Of a DNA stretch of 64,000 nt, positions 8,955-19,337 are shown piece after piece; positions within the stretch are counted from its first letter, which is position 1, and each line of letters begins with the position of its first letter. Both the position numbers and the translations under genes were made by a program. The notes below the pieces were generated by a model that ran no database searches, was not told the DNA's origin, and was given only the letters and a program-made list of their open reading frames with translations. Source of the stretch: a virus (Duplodnaviria > Caudoviricetes); IMG/VR virus record IMGVR_UViG_3300036770_005357, one strand, 5' to 3'.

Positions 8955-10874
8955 TTAAAATGGATTTGAAGTACCACCTAATTGTGTTAAATTAATATAG
9001 GAACCCAAAGAATTATCATTTTTTCTCAGAAAGTAAATATAGAATGATGATAAACCGTATATAGAGTTCGAAACGGTGACATTATAAGTACCACTGAATT
9101 GATTATCATTGCATAAATTAGCTTGTATTGGTGATGTTGTAATTTGAGTCCATGTTAATGTCAAAACAACGCCATTTACAGTTATGGATGACGGTAATAT
9201 ACATCCGGTTAAAGGAAGTGCATCAACAATTGATGTACTATATAATTTATCGGAATATATGCCGTATGAATTTGATATAATAGTATTAAGCTTTGTCTTG
9301 GATGTTTGCCATGTATCCGTGTTTGTGGCTGTATAATAAACATTTCCTACATTACTTGCTTGTGAAATTATAAATGGAGATGGTACGCCTATTAAACATG
9401 AATTTTTATCGAAGATTGCACGTATTTCGGAAGTCTGGCTATTTGGTGTATAACCTACAGTTGAGGGTAAAGAAAAATTAACATTGGTTTTAAGTATAAA
9501 TTTTGACGGTTGATATTGACTAACATTTTCACTTCCGAATCTTATACTTAATTTTTTTGATGATTTCGCGGGAATTGTAAAAGAATATGAAGGTAGTATT
9601 GTAATCGGTCCTAATAAACCTGGTGGAGATTCGTCAATCGGATCTTTCCAATCATTTTCTATCTCGACAGTCATGATATCATCATTATCATTTGTAATAG
9701 TAAAACTTCCACTATGTCTAATTTGTGAATAGGATGTGGGATTACATACTGGTTGAGCTTTTCCAGTTCCACAATCTAAATTTCCACAAACCGGTCCATT
9801 AATATAAATTGATGTAGGAAAATAACCAATTTTAGACGGTGAATTTGCGCAATTAGTACCGGTTACAGTTTGATTGGCAATAACATACAAATTTATTGTC
9901 CCAGAGGTTTTAGTATCTTCAAAAGAATAGTAATAGTCTATTACACTTCCAGCAACACTATGTGCATAAACCGATCCATTAAAAATATAATTTTTATTGA
10001 CATCTTGATAAATAAGTCCGTCAAAATATAAATTTCTATTTTTTTCGTTTGAATCTTTATATGTTAAAACCAATGTTAATACATTATTAGAAATTTTATA
10101 AATTTTTGGATTTTTAATAATATTTTCTAAATTTTTTATTATAGTGATAAGATCTAATTTTTGATTTAAATTTAAATTCGTATCATCATTTATCTCTTTT
10201 AGAAGTATCGACGCAGCTGCAGAGAATGAAACACTGTTGGATTTATAATAATAAGAATTATTTGTTACAACTGTATCGGTACACGTTCCAACAAACATAC
10301 TTGATGTAAACGCATTGGAAAGACAATCTTTTACAACTATTTTATATGAATTTGCATTTACTAAATCATAAAATTTGTATAAATTGTTCCCAGATTTCGT
10401 AAAAGAATAAACTTTTGTCCAACCACTGTCTACGATCGGCGTTGTAGTACCTGTTTTTGTATACAAAGTATATTTGTATATTTGGTCTTGATTATTTTGA
10501 GTTAAGAAATTATTTGTTCTAATTACACTCGGAGAAAAAGCAGTTGCAATTACGGATCCATCGCTTCCATCTATTTTAATTGATGCACTTAAATATGTTG
10601 CATTGTAAAATGAACTAAATCGTATTGGTGAATTTATCTTATAGTTTGTTAAAGAAGTTCCTACTGCGTTATTTTCATTTGTAGTTTGTGTATTTGTATA
10701 AGTGTCACCTGTTCTTTTTAAAATATCTGTTAACGAGGATGATAACGAAAAATTATCAGATGATAAAGATTTAAAATTTTCAATTAAGGAATTTATCGAA
10801 GAGCCGGAACTAAAATTTAAAGTCTCACTTTTAAAACAAATTGGCCCCAATTTATTAATTGCGTTAATCGGCAT
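8955..10874 (-). CDS. Putative tail/baseplate-associated structural protein
   Basis: 639 aa, S/T/N-rich, beta-rich, downstream of the fibre genes. Confidence 0.5.
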   Translation of the reverse strand: MPINAINKLGPICFKSETLNFSSGSSINSLIENFKSLSSDNFSLSSSLTDILKRTGDTYTNTQTTNENNAVGTSLTNYKINSPIRFSSFYNATYLSASIKIDGSDGSVIATAFSPSVIRTNNFLTQNNQDQIYKYTLYTKTGTTTPIVDSGWTKVYSFTKSGNNLYKFYDLVNANSYKIVVKDCLSNAFTSSMFVGTCTDTVVTNNSYYYKSNSVSFSAAASILLKEINDDTNLNLNQKLDLITIIKNLENIIKNPKIYKISNNVLTLVLTYKDSNEKNRNLYFDGLIYQDVNKNYIFNGSVYAHSVAGSVIDYYYSFEDTKTSGTINLYVIANQTVTGTNCANSPSKIGYFPTSIYINGPVCGNLDCGTGKAQPVCNPTSYSQIRHSGSFTITNDNDDIMTVEIENDWKDPIDESPPGLLGPITILPSYSFTIPAKSSKKLSIRFGSENVSQYQPSKFILKTNVNFSLPSTVGYTPNSQTSEIRAIFDKNSCLIGVPSPFIISQASNVGNVYYTATNTDTWQTSKTKLNTIISNSYGIYSDKLYSTSIVDALPLTGCILPSSITVNGVVLTLTWTQITTSPIQANLCNDNQFSGTYNVTVSNSIYGLSSFYIYFLRKNDNSLGSYINLTQLGGTSNPF

Positions 10875-10875
10875 A

Positions 10876-12549
10876 TCATTTTATTTTTGATTTTAAATCA
10901 TCTAATTCGGCTTTTAAATCCTGTACAGATTTAATAAGAAGTGCAATCAACGAATTGTATTTTATAGTCTTGAATCCGGACATGTTTTCCTTAACAAACT
11001 CTGGATATATTTTCTCAACTTCTTGTGCGATTAAACCAAAATCGGATTGATTATTAGTAGACCACACAAATGAAACTGGATTTAGTGAAGAAACTTTGTC
11101 TATTGAATTTTCGATAGGCTTTATATTATACTTTAATCTTTCGTCTGAAGTTGCAAATGTAGAAAATGCTACTATGTCTCCTTTAACATCTAATTGGCCA
11201 CTACCACTTACTTTTAACAATTTAGTATAAGAACTTCCTGAAGTTATAAGAAATACATTTTCAAGAGGACGATATGTTTGAATAGTGCCGGCACCATCAA
11301 CATAATTAGATGGCCATCCTTTAGAACCACTTAGATGTACATGTAACTGTGCTTGAACACCGTAAGAGGCTCCAAAATGTCCAACGCTAACCAATCTTTG
11401 TCGAACTCCAAATGAAGTCCATCCACTAAATCCTGTTTTTTCTGCAGTATCAGGTCTCCAAAGTGCATCTTTTCCAAAAGCTAGAGACTCTCCTTGATTA
11501 ATTGATCCAGAATAGTAAATTGCAAAATTAGCGCCTGTTCTTATATAATTTGTAGAATATTGTAATCCAATATCATATGTGTATTGGTTTGATGTGGAAG
11601 CTGAAAATTGTATTAAATGAGTTCCTACATAGTTATTTGTCCATAATGGTCTATAAAGAACATTTCTACCTGTAGAACCTGGCCATCCTGCCGCGCCACC
11701 AGAATCGGGAACTGATGTAACACTATTTCTTCTAAAATAATCATTTCCAGCTAATATATCAGGAGTACTCCAATATGTAGAATAATTGGCTGTACCGGTA
11801 CCTGTTGGATTTCCTACAGATAAATTGGTAATAAGAGAAACATCTGCGTTTTTAGCCCAACTTGAAGTACCATAAAATGCAGCTTTTTGTGAAGAATTAA
11901 ATTTATTTGATGCACTTATATAACCTCTAAAACTACCAGTTAAACTTCCTGTTAAGTTCGAATTTTTACTTAAAATTTTACCAAAATAACTCCCACTGAA
12001 ACTACCTGTTAATTTCGCGTTTTTACTAATTAATGCACCAAATGTACTTCCACTAAAACTACCAGTTGATTTTCCGATAAAACTGCCCGTTAAACTGCCT
12101 TTAAAACTGCCTGTTAATTTTGCATTTTTGCTAATTAATGTACCGAATGTACTTCCACTGAAACTGCCTGTTAATTTTGCAGTTTTACTAATTAATGTAC
12201 CGAATGTACTTCCACTGAAACTGCCTGTTAATTTTGCAGTTTTACTAAGTAAAAACCCTTGCATACTTCCACTAAAACTACCGCTCGATTTTCCTCGAAA
12301 ACTGCCTGAAAAACTACCTGTGAATTTACCAATTAATTTTGCCGATCCACTGAACGAACCAGTGAACGAACTTGTGATATTTGATAGATATTTTGCAATA
12401 TCACCAAATGTACTTCTTCTAGAATAAAGATCGTTTGACGATCCTGACTCGATTGTCAAAATAAAATCTTTTGTTGTTAGTGTAGAATATCTTACTAAAT
12501 CACTAACTTTAATTTGATTTACATTTATTACATTACATGTACTTGACAT
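10876..12549 (-). CDS. Tail fibre/spike with GSFSGS repeats and C-terminal intramolecular chaperone (peptidase S74)
   Basis: C-terminal SDERLKYNIKPIE...LNPVSFVW...GLIAQEVEKIYPEFV...YNSLIALLIKSVQDL. Confidence 0.9.
   Translation of the reverse strand: MSSTCNVINVNQIKVSDLVRYSTLTTKDFILTIESGSSNDLYSRRSTFGDIAKYLSNITSSFTGSFSGSAKLIGKFTGSFSGSFRGKSSGSFSGSMQGFLLSKTAKLTGSFSGSTFGTLISKTAKLTGSFSGSTFGTLISKNAKLTGSFKGSLTGSFIGKSTGSFSGSTFGALISKNAKLTGSFSGSYFGKILSKNSNLTGSLTGSFRGYISASNKFNSSQKAAFYGTSSWAKNADVSLITNLSVGNPTGTGTANYSTYWSTPDILAGNDYFRRNSVTSVPDSGGAAGWPGSTGRNVLYRPLWTNNYVGTHLIQFSASTSNQYTYDIGLQYSTNYIRTGANFAIYYSGSINQGESLAFGKDALWRPDTAEKTGFSGWTSFGVRQRLVSVGHFGASYGVQAQLHVHLSGSKGWPSNYVDGAGTIQTYRPLENVFLITSGSSYTKLLKVSGSGQLDVKGDIVAFSTFATSDERLKYNIKPIENSIDKVSSLNPVSFVWSTNNQSDFGLIAQEVEKIYPEFVKENMSGFKTIKYNSLIALLIKSVQDLKAELDDLKSKIK
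11940..12310 (-). repeat. 57-bp (19-aa) tandem repeat LISKxAKLTGSFSGSTFGx, about 5 copies
   Basis: Near-identical units aaactgcctgttaattttgca...gtacttccactg visible at 12100-12240. Confidence 0.85.
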
Positions 12550-12554
12550 AAGAT

Positions 12555-13088
12555 TTATTTCCAGACATAGATTTTAATCTGCCAATTTAGTTTATTTAAA
12601 GAAAATTCCGAAAAAGGCGTAGATTTTGGATAAACTTTTACTGAGGAAAATGATGACATTGAAACTTTAATGTCAGTCGTGCTCACAGATACTGTTGCAA
12701 AAGGTTTACTATCATTATTAAAACAACTATTTATATCTATTTCATTTGAAGATGAATAAGTACCATCGTTTGCATTACAATAAAGCACGGCACGAAACAT
12801 ACTTGGTACTGAGCTAAAATTATGTGTATAACTAAATACCCCACCACTTGTATAACTATTTAAATTATTAGTATCTGTACTTGAGAGAAAAGATGTAGAT
12901 GGAAATCCAGACAATCCATTATCTAAAATATAACTTCTTACACTACTCAAGCTTGAATTTCTTGAATATTTCGTACCACTAGTATTTTCAACTATCATTA
13001 AAATATCAGCATCTTTTAATGAAGTATAATTAGCTAATTGGCTTACTTTAATTAATTGAACATTTAAACTATTACAAGGTGTTGACAT
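12555..13088 (-). CDS. Short tail-fibre-like protein sharing the N-terminal attachment motif with its neighbours
   Basis: CNSLNVQLIKVSQL..Y..L...DIL aligns with CNVINVNQIKVSDL..Y..L...DFI of 10876-12549. Confidence 0.6.
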   Translation of the reverse strand: MSTPCNSLNVQLIKVSQLANYTSLKDADILMIVENTSGTKYSRNSSLSSVRSYILDNGLSGFPSTSFLSSTDTNNLNSYTSGGVFSYTHNFSSVPSMFRAVLYCNANDGTYSSSNEIDINSCFNNDSKPFATVSVSTTDIKVSMSSFSSVKVYPKSTPFSEFSLNKLNWQIKIYVWK

Positions 13089-13102
13089 ATTTTATAAATA
13101 TA

Positions 13103-15868
13103 TTAATTATCATAGTAGACAATAACATATGCTGTTAAATTATTTTCAGGTATACCAGCTGGAATTATATTTAAATTCATGGTAAGAGTTGTTAGTGATC
13201 TACCACCGAGGGAACCTTCAATTGTAAATGGAAGAACACTATTCGCACTTAAATTATAAGATGTTCCCCATCCTAAACTAGAAAATGTAGTAGAAGCCGG
13301 TAAAGGTGATGATTCGGCATTTACTGTTACACCTGCAATTTGATAATTATTTGTAGTCGGAGCTTTAATAGTTCCTGAAATTTTAAACCACCTTAATTTT
13401 TTGCCGGCCGGTATTACTAAAGGTTGTACGCGAGTTGGGCCTGATGGATCACCAATCGGTACAGGATAATTAGCTGCTGTTGATGGATTTGAAGTTGATG
13501 AACCGTCTCTAGTACCATAATTTACACTATTAAATAATTGAAATGGTAGCAAAGATGTATAACTGGATGTCATACTTGCTAAAGAATCACTTGATCTTAA
13601 TGAATAACTACTACTAACTGTGTGACTTCCTGTACCCCAAAAACTAACATTTTTACCATTTAATGTCCAACCTGTTCTTCCTCTAAAGGACCCTGTTGTG
13701 TATCCGGCAAAATTAGCATTTCCGGCTGCATAAATGTTACCACTTGAAGAAACTACAAATGTTTTTCTAGAATAAGTTGCATCACTTCCGGTACCATAGG
13801 TAACTAATATAGCACCGTGTTGGTGATTTACGGTTGCTGGATCTGTCCAGTTACCCGTTGAAATATTAGCGACACTTGCACTATATACATTAATATGCAA
13901 TCTTGCTTTTAATGGTGAATTCGTTGCCGGTGAATCGTTTAGTAAAGGAACACCAATTCCAATCGAACCATCTCTGGAAGGTGTCGAAACATTGTATCGA
14001 TCTGCCCAGAAATATACATTATTTCTGATTATTTTAAAAGAATTAATTAAAGATGATGCGTCTGCTCTATTACCAACACAAGCCGATTTATATATTTCAT
14101 TTGTAAAATTAAGAGAATTAATATTAGATTGTAGGAAAAAACTACCACTCTTTTCTGTAAATAAATCCCAATTTTCCGGACCAAATGAGCTAAATGTTTG
14201 ATAAAAAGGACTTGAAAATGGATATCTATTTAATAAGTTATTATTTACAGATAAAACTAAATGTGATTGGCCAATTCCATTCGTAGCTTTTGTATCTATG
14301 TTTAAATAATTTCTTCTTTGAACGGGACTTCCAGACAATTTTAAAAATCCGAATCCAGTATTTCCTCCAGCACCTCCCGACCAAGCTGGATACGGATAAT
14401 TCGGAAAAAATGTTAACTGATTATATTCAGGTGTATTTTCGAGATTTATACCATTATAATATGGTAAAGCATAAGTTTTATTATTAAATTGATTTATGAA
14501 TGATGCGGTTTTTGCTAAAATAGCTTGATTAGCTTGAAGTGCTGAATCAACAACACCTGCCACGCTCAAAGATGAAAGTGCATAAGAACTAGACATTGCT
14601 CTGTTAGCAAATGACGAGGTAAATGCATAACTACTTGAAAAAGATGAAAATTGTTTACCGTTTCTGGCATAACTAGCTGTACCATAAAATGTTGCTGTAT
14701 TAGGAACTCCGGTACCATTATCTAAAACAATTTGATTTAAATTAGATCTAATATCACCCGTTACATCACCCAAAACATTTCCTGTTAAATCACCTACTAC
14801 ATTACCTTCGACATCACCTTTGACATTACCTAATACATTACCCACAACTCTTTTTGCACACGAAGCTGTTAATGCATAACTAGAAGAAAATGAAGAAAAA
14901 TTTAATCCGTTTCTAGAATAAGAAGCAGTACCATAAAAACTTGATTTGTTAGCAGCGCCTGGTCCATTGTCCAAAACTTTATTACCAGTAGAACTATAAA
15001 CATCTCCAGTTAAATCGCCGGATACATTTCCAGAAACGGTTCCATTAACATTTCCAGTAAGATTTCCGATTATATCATCCAATCCTATAATATTATTAGC
15101 TGTTACAGTTGTGCCTGTTAAATTTCCTGTAACATTGCCTGTTAAATTACCTTCAAAACCATTTTTAGCTAAGATTTTAGATCCTGTAATTCTACTTGGT
15201 AGTGAATTGCCTATTACTGAATTATCAATTGTACCACCATTTATGTCGGCGTTGTTTATAATTGTATAGGCAACTGTTAAATTATTACCAATATCTACAT
15301 TGAAAAAATTACTATTACCTGTAGAATTTATATTTCCATTTACATCCCCTGTTAAATTTCCTACAAATGAATTTGCAAAAATAGTTTCAACTGTCACAGG
15401 AGTATTTATAACATTGAGTCCACTAGGATATCCTTGTATAGTAATCGAACTATTACTACCATTCCCAATTAACTGTAAAGAAGTACTACTTTTTTGTGTT
15501 TGATTTACAACAAAATTATTTACATAAGCTGTTAAATTTGTTACTACAGATGAATTTTGCCCGATTTCAAGATAATCGGTTACCTTTATTCTTTTAACAA
15601 TGTTGGGAATTGCTTGAGTTATTACAGAATAGTTATCAACTAAATTATTGATTGATCCTGTAAAAGAATTATTTGCACCTGTAAATTTTAAATCTGAAAA
15701 AGCGGTTATTACATTTGCTGCTTTAGTACAAAAACTAAGAACTGAAGATCTTTTTGTAGAATTGCTAGCAATGTTCTGAATAATTAATAAGTCTGAATTA
15801 CCGATATTATCCGAAGATAATGAAGGCAATTCTGGAACTGTTCTTCCTTGATTTGACAAAATTGGCAT
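13103..15868 (-). CDS. Long tail fibre protein
   Basis: GNLTGNVTG repeats, FYGTASYA repeats, ELPSL...DLLIIQ N-terminal motif. Confidence 0.75.
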   Translation of the reverse strand: MPILSNQGRTVPELPSLSSDNIGNSDLLIIQNIASNSTKRSSVLSFCTKAANVITAFSDLKFTGANNSFTGSINNLVDNYSVITQAIPNIVKRIKVTDYLEIGQNSSVVTNLTAYVNNFVVNQTQKSSTSLQLIGNGSNSSITIQGYPSGLNVINTPVTVETIFANSFVGNLTGDVNGNINSTGNSNFFNVDIGNNLTVAYTIINNADINGGTIDNSVIGNSLPSRITGSKILAKNGFEGNLTGNVTGNLTGTTVTANNIIGLDDIIGNLTGNVNGTVSGNVSGDLTGDVYSSTGNKVLDNGPGAANKSSFYGTASYSRNGLNFSSFSSSYALTASCAKRVVGNVLGNVKGDVEGNVVGDLTGNVLGDVTGDIRSNLNQIVLDNGTGVPNTATFYGTASYARNGKQFSSFSSSYAFTSSFANRAMSSSYALSSLSVAGVVDSALQANQAILAKTASFINQFNNKTYALPYYNGINLENTPEYNQLTFFPNYPYPAWSGGAGGNTGFGFLKLSGSPVQRRNYLNIDTKATNGIGQSHLVLSVNNNLLNRYPFSSPFYQTFSSFGPENWDLFTEKSGSFFLQSNINSLNFTNEIYKSACVGNRADASSLINSFKIIRNNVYFWADRYNVSTPSRDGSIGIGVPLLNDSPATNSPLKARLHINVYSASVANISTGNWTDPATVNHQHGAILVTYGTGSDATYSRKTFVVSSSGNIYAAGNANFAGYTTGSFRGRTGWTLNGKNVSFWGTGSHTVSSSYSLRSSDSLASMTSSYTSLLPFQLFNSVNYGTRDGSSTSNPSTAANYPVPIGDPSGPTRVQPLVIPAGKKLRWFKISGTIKAPTTNNYQIAGVTVNAESSPLPASTTFSSLGWGTSYNLSANSVLPFTIEGSLGGRSLTTLTMNLNIIPAGIPENNLTAYVIVYYDN

Positions 15869-15890
15869 AGTTATTACTAATAATTATAGT

Positions 15891-16610
15891 TTACACCATC
15901 TTTTTTAGTTTTTTTAATATAAATTTTACGAGACCACTTCTTACAATGTCGTCTTCGTCAAACTTAAATATAAATATGCCGTTCTGTCTACTTTCTTCAT
16001 CATCAAACAAATTCATTATAGAAACAAATCCACTTTTACCGTTTATATCGCTTTGATCTGGATCTCCACAAATATATAACTTACTAAATTCACCTACTCT
16101 TGTTATAAGCGTAACAAGTTCTTTCTTAGTCATATTTTGTGCTTCGTCTGCTACAATTACCTTAGCATTCCAGTTTAAACCTCTTAAAAAGTTAATTGGA
16201 AAACCATGAATTCTTTCTTCCTTTTTAAGTTTTTCTATATCCGATCGTTGTAATAATTCTTCCAGTTTATCAATAAGTGGTTGTATGTATGGACTCAATT
16301 TATCATCCATTTCGCCTGGCAAAAATCCTAATTTACTATCACTACTTTCTACAGCACTTCTTACATAAATTATTTCACTAACTCTTTTTTCGTTTATTAA
16401 ATGTAATCCCGCTAAAATCGAAGTAAATGTTTTTGATGTACCTGCTGGTCCGGATATAAAAACCATTTTAGTATCTTTATCTCTTAATGTTTTTAATAAT
16501 TCTACTTGTTTTGGTGTTAGTTCTCTATCATTTATCTTTATACAATCTTTAAGTTTATCATTTTGATGAATTTTTGGACTTGTGTCTCTTTTTTTGTTTT
16601 TCTTGCTCAT
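15891..16610 (-). CDS. phoH: PhoH-like ATPase
   Basis: GPAGTSKT, LGFLPGEMDDKLSPY, FLRGLNW, DEAQN, GDPDQSD, DIVRSGLV. Confidence 0.95.
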   Translation of the reverse strand: MSKKNKKRDTSPKIHQNDKLKDCIKINDRELTPKQVELLKTLRDKDTKMVFISGPAGTSKTFTSILAGLHLINEKRVSEIIYVRSAVESSDSKLGFLPGEMDDKLSPYIQPLIDKLEELLQRSDIEKLKKEERIHGFPINFLRGLNWNAKVIVADEAQNMTKKELVTLITRVGEFSKLYICGDPDQSDINGKSGFVSIMNLFDDEESRQNGIFIFKFDEDDIVRSGLVKFILKKLKKMV

Positions 16611-16905
16611 GTTTTTCTAATATTTTTTTTAGTTTACTAACACGATCGCAGAACTCATATTGTTCCGTTTCAACATAAAACTTAAATATATTTTCTATGT
16701 TGTCTTTAAATGAGGGGTATTCCAAAATAACAATAAAATCTGAATCTTTAAAACTAAATAATTCTACAGATGGAATATCGTTACTAACCGCATGTTGTAC
16801 AGCCGATACAACATGTTCTGTTAATTTTACTTTATTGTTGATGATAAAACTCTCCATTTCGTCATAGTCAGACGGCAAAACCAATGGAGTCAATAACTTA
16901 CTCAT
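16558..16905 (-). CDS. Hypothetical protein
   Basis: ORF track; C-terminal EQYEFC helix. Confidence 0.6.
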   Translation of the reverse strand: MSKLLTPLVLPSDYDEMESFIINNKVKLTEHVVSAVQHAVSNDIPSVELFSFKDSDFIVILEYPSFKDNIENIFKFYVETEQYEFCDRVSKLKKILEKHEQEKQKKRHKSKNSSK

Positions 16906-16979
16906 TCGTAAATAAATAGTATTTAGAAAATAAAAAAGGCGTTACCGAAGTAACGCCTACAATAGTATTGTTTACTATC

Positions 16980-17201
16980 TTACTTTTTAGTCTTATTTTT
17001 CTTAACCTTTTTAGACTCAACAGGTTTGTCTGGAGTTTGTGATGGAATCGGATTAGTTAGTTCTGCCAATCTAAACCTAGCAGTTGAACGCCAAGAATTC
17101 TTGGTTATATTTGATGCAAACTCATAGGACTTGCCTCTTTCCAAGAGTGTCTTGATCTCACTATCACTATTTGCTTTTCTAATTTGTTCTCGTAATCCCA
17201 T
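16980..17201 (-). CDS. Small basic hypothetical protein
   Basis: ORF track; followed by terminator at 16936-16960. Confidence 0.55.
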   Translation of the reverse strand: MGLREQIRKANSDSEIKTLLERGKSYEFASNITKNSWRSTARFRLAELTNPIPSQTPDKPVESKKVKKNKTKK

Positions 17202-17203
17202 AA

Positions 17204-17374
17204 TTACTTACCTTTCACTTCAACAATTTCCAACTTACTACCATCTGGCCAACGAGTAATAATCTTGTGCCAATGATCATACTCGGTCTTAGCATCATCC
17301 CTTGAGATGTATTCTGAATCAGAAACCCTTGCACCATTCCTAATGACTACATACTTAACATTATTATTTGACAT
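17204..17374 (-). CDS. Hypothetical protein (56 aa)
   Basis: Hand translation MSNNNVKYVVIRNGARVSDSEYISRDDAKTEYDHWHKIITRWPDGSKLEIVEVKGK. Confidence 0.6.
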   Translation of the reverse strand: MSNNNVKYVVIRNGARVSDSEYISRDDAKTEYDHWHKIITRWPDGSKLEIVEVKGK

Positions 17375-17493
17375 ATTGTCTATTTTTACTATTTGTTTTT
17401 TTAATAATTGGTAAAATATTAGTTGTGTAAGATTACCAGTCTTACATAAGTTAATTATACATACGAATTTGCGTTCGTCAAAACTTTTTTTTA

Positions 17494-17853
17494 TTATTCT
17501 AAATTTCTGTTATAAAATTCTACATTTTTGTGCTTGACAACACATTCCGGATACAAAATTTTATATTCATCCAATGATCTATTGTAGACTCTTACACCAC
17601 CAAAAGGATAACTTGGTTCACCAACATTGTAAAATGTAACTAAATAGATATCATGTGTTTCTGGATAATAAGCAGTTAATACTCTTCTTCCTTTTTCCAC
17701 AGACTTATCTAATTTTAATTCTTCCGGTATATTTTTAAAAACAAAATGTTGTGATCCACCTATTGTATAAAGTTTTTTAATAATAGTTAAATCTTTACTT
17801 AGTTTTGAAATTTCTCCGTCTACTTCAATTATTTTCTTTTTTAATTTCGCCAT
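17494..17853 (-). CDS. Hypothetical protein
   Basis: ORF track. Confidence 0.55.
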   Translation of the reverse strand: MAKLKKKIIEVDGEISKLSKDLTIIKKLYTIGGSQHFVFKNIPEELKLDKSVEKGRRVLTAYYPETHDIYLVTFYNVGEPSYPFGGVRVYNRSLDEYKILYPECVVKHKNVEFYNRNLE

Positions 17854-17945
17854 AATATGATATTACTTTATAATAATTTATTAAACAATTAAAAATATTT
17901 TTTAAAATTTTTTTTAATATATATTAGAAAACTTACTAAAATACT

Positions 17946-18236
17946 ATGAGTGATGTTATTAAATTTACAGAAGAGGAAATGCAAGAAATTGCAGGTTTAC
18001 AAGCTAAATATCAACAAAAGATCTTTGAACTAGGTCAATTACAACTACAAGAAATTGATCTAGAACAAACAAAGAAAGCTTTTGCAGATAAGAAAACTGA
18101 ACTACTTGATTCTTGGAAAACTATTCAAAAGGAAGAAGAAACTGTTTTGAACAAGTTAGCTGCAAAATATGGTAATGGTAGCTTGAATCTACGAGATGGT
18201 ACTTTCAAAGCAGTTCCTCCAACCACAACCGCTTAA
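17946..18236 (+). CDS. Coiled-coil hypothetical protein
   Basis: ORF track; ends KYGNGSLNLRDGTF; followed by terminator. Confidence 0.7.
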   Translation: MSDVIKFTEEEMQEIAGLQAKYQQKIFELGQLQLQEIDLEQTKKAFADKKTELLDSWKTIQKEEETVLNKLAAKYGNGSLNLRDGTFKAVPPTTTA

Positions 18237-18254
18237 TTAAATAAGTGCAAAATT

Positions 18255-18283
18255 AAAGCCGGTCTTAATGACCGGCTTTTTTG
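18255..18283. terminator. Bidirectional rho-independent terminator
   Basis: aaagccggtc-ttaat-gaccggctttttt. Confidence 0.85.
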
Positions 18284-18284
18284 T

Positions 18285-18461
18285 TTATTGTGTTGAACTA
18301 GCTTCTTCAACAATTGCTTTAATCTCCGCTTCAATTTCCTTCATTTTTTCTTTATATCCAGCGGCTACATCCTTGAAATCTTTCTTTACATAAAGAAGCT
18401 TCTCGGTTAATTCATATACTTTTTGTTCTGCTTGTTGTTTTGTTAATTTGATATTACTCAT
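18285..18461 (-). CDS. Small coiled-coil protein (58 aa)
   Basis: Hand translation MSNIKLTKQQAEQKVYELTEKLLYVKKDFKDVAAGYKEKMKEIEAEIKAIVEEASSTQ. Confidence 0.6.
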   Translation of the reverse strand: MSNIKLTKQQAEQKVYELTEKLLYVKKDFKDVAAGYKEKMKEIEAEIKAIVEEASSTQ

Positions 18462-18488
18462 AGTTTTGTTTATAGATATTTATTATAT

Positions 18489-18707
18489 ATGTCACAAGTA
18501 AATTTTCACGATATCAAAGTTAATAATCATGAAATTACAATATGGGACGATAGATTCGTTGTATTAAGACATCCCGAAAAATGTGATATGTACGAAGATG
18601 AACACTGTAGAGAACACTTATTAAAGTATTTATCTGATGAAGGTTACATTATAAGTGATACAGGTGGTATAGTTGTTATAGATAGTTATATTGATTTTGA
18701 ACCGTAA
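18489..18707 (+). CDS. Hypothetical protein
   Basis: ORF track. Confidence 0.55.
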   Translation: MSQVNFHDIKVNNHEITIWDDRFVVLRHPEKCDMYEDEHCREHLLKYLSDEGYIISDTGGIVVIDSYIDFEP

Positions 18708-18709
18708 AT

Positions 18710-19093
18710 TGGTGGACGTGGCGAGAGTTGAACTCGCGTCTTTAAAAGGTAACCTATACCAGACTACATGCTTATATATTTTAATATTGTTAGGAATAAT
18801 AATTAAAAATATCTAAAAATATTATTCTTAAGATTTATAAAAATTTGACCGTCAACATAAATCAAATTAACAGTCTCAATCTGATGGTTTACACCCAATA
18901 TCACTATCAGATATCATAATATTGAATGCGCTGCAACTCAGGCAGCTAGTGCTACGACATCATCATAAGAGAAGTCATAGCTGATTACATTATCTTCAGC
19001 AGTTAATGTTTTAATAGATGATTAAAGAGGCCAACTATTATCCTCTACATGCCTAATATAAGTGTACTTTTAAATCGATACCAGTACACGCCC
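18710..19093 (-). ncRNA. ssrA: tmRNA
   Basis: 5' GGGCGTG pairs with 3' CACGTCC-ACCA including G3:U70; T-loop GTTCAAC; resume context TAACT-GCT; tag ORF 19000-18938 encodes AEDNVISYDFSYDDVVALAA*. Confidence 0.95.
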
Positions 19094-19102
19094 ATAAAAT
19101 TT

Positions 19103-19176
19103 TGGAGCGGGTAGCCGGAATCGAACCGGCACGTCGACCTTGGCAAGGTTGCAGGCTACCACTACATCATACCCGC
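19103..19176 (-). tRNA. tRNA-Gly(GCC)
   Basis: Cloverleaf, anticodon loop TTGCCAA, encoded CCA. Confidence 0.95.
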
Positions 19177-19188
19177 GCTCTCTAAACT

Positions 19189-19264
19189 TGGTGGACCCGA
19201 CAGGATTCAAACCTGCGACCTATAGCTTGCAAAGCTACCGCTCTATCAACTGAGCTACGAGCCC
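19189..19264 (-). tRNA. tRNA-Ala(TGC)
   Basis: Cloverleaf, loop TTTGCAA, G3:U70, CCA. Confidence 0.95.
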
Positions 19265-19337
19265 GTACAAAAAATATATAGTATTCTACACCCACTAATT
19301 GATATTTATATATACATAAATTAAACAAAGGATAATT

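Noticed and set aside
11940-15100. Diversity-generating retroelement TR/VR in the fibre genes
   Set aside because: Repeats are in-frame tandem units without adenine-specific mismatches; no reverse transcriptase in the window
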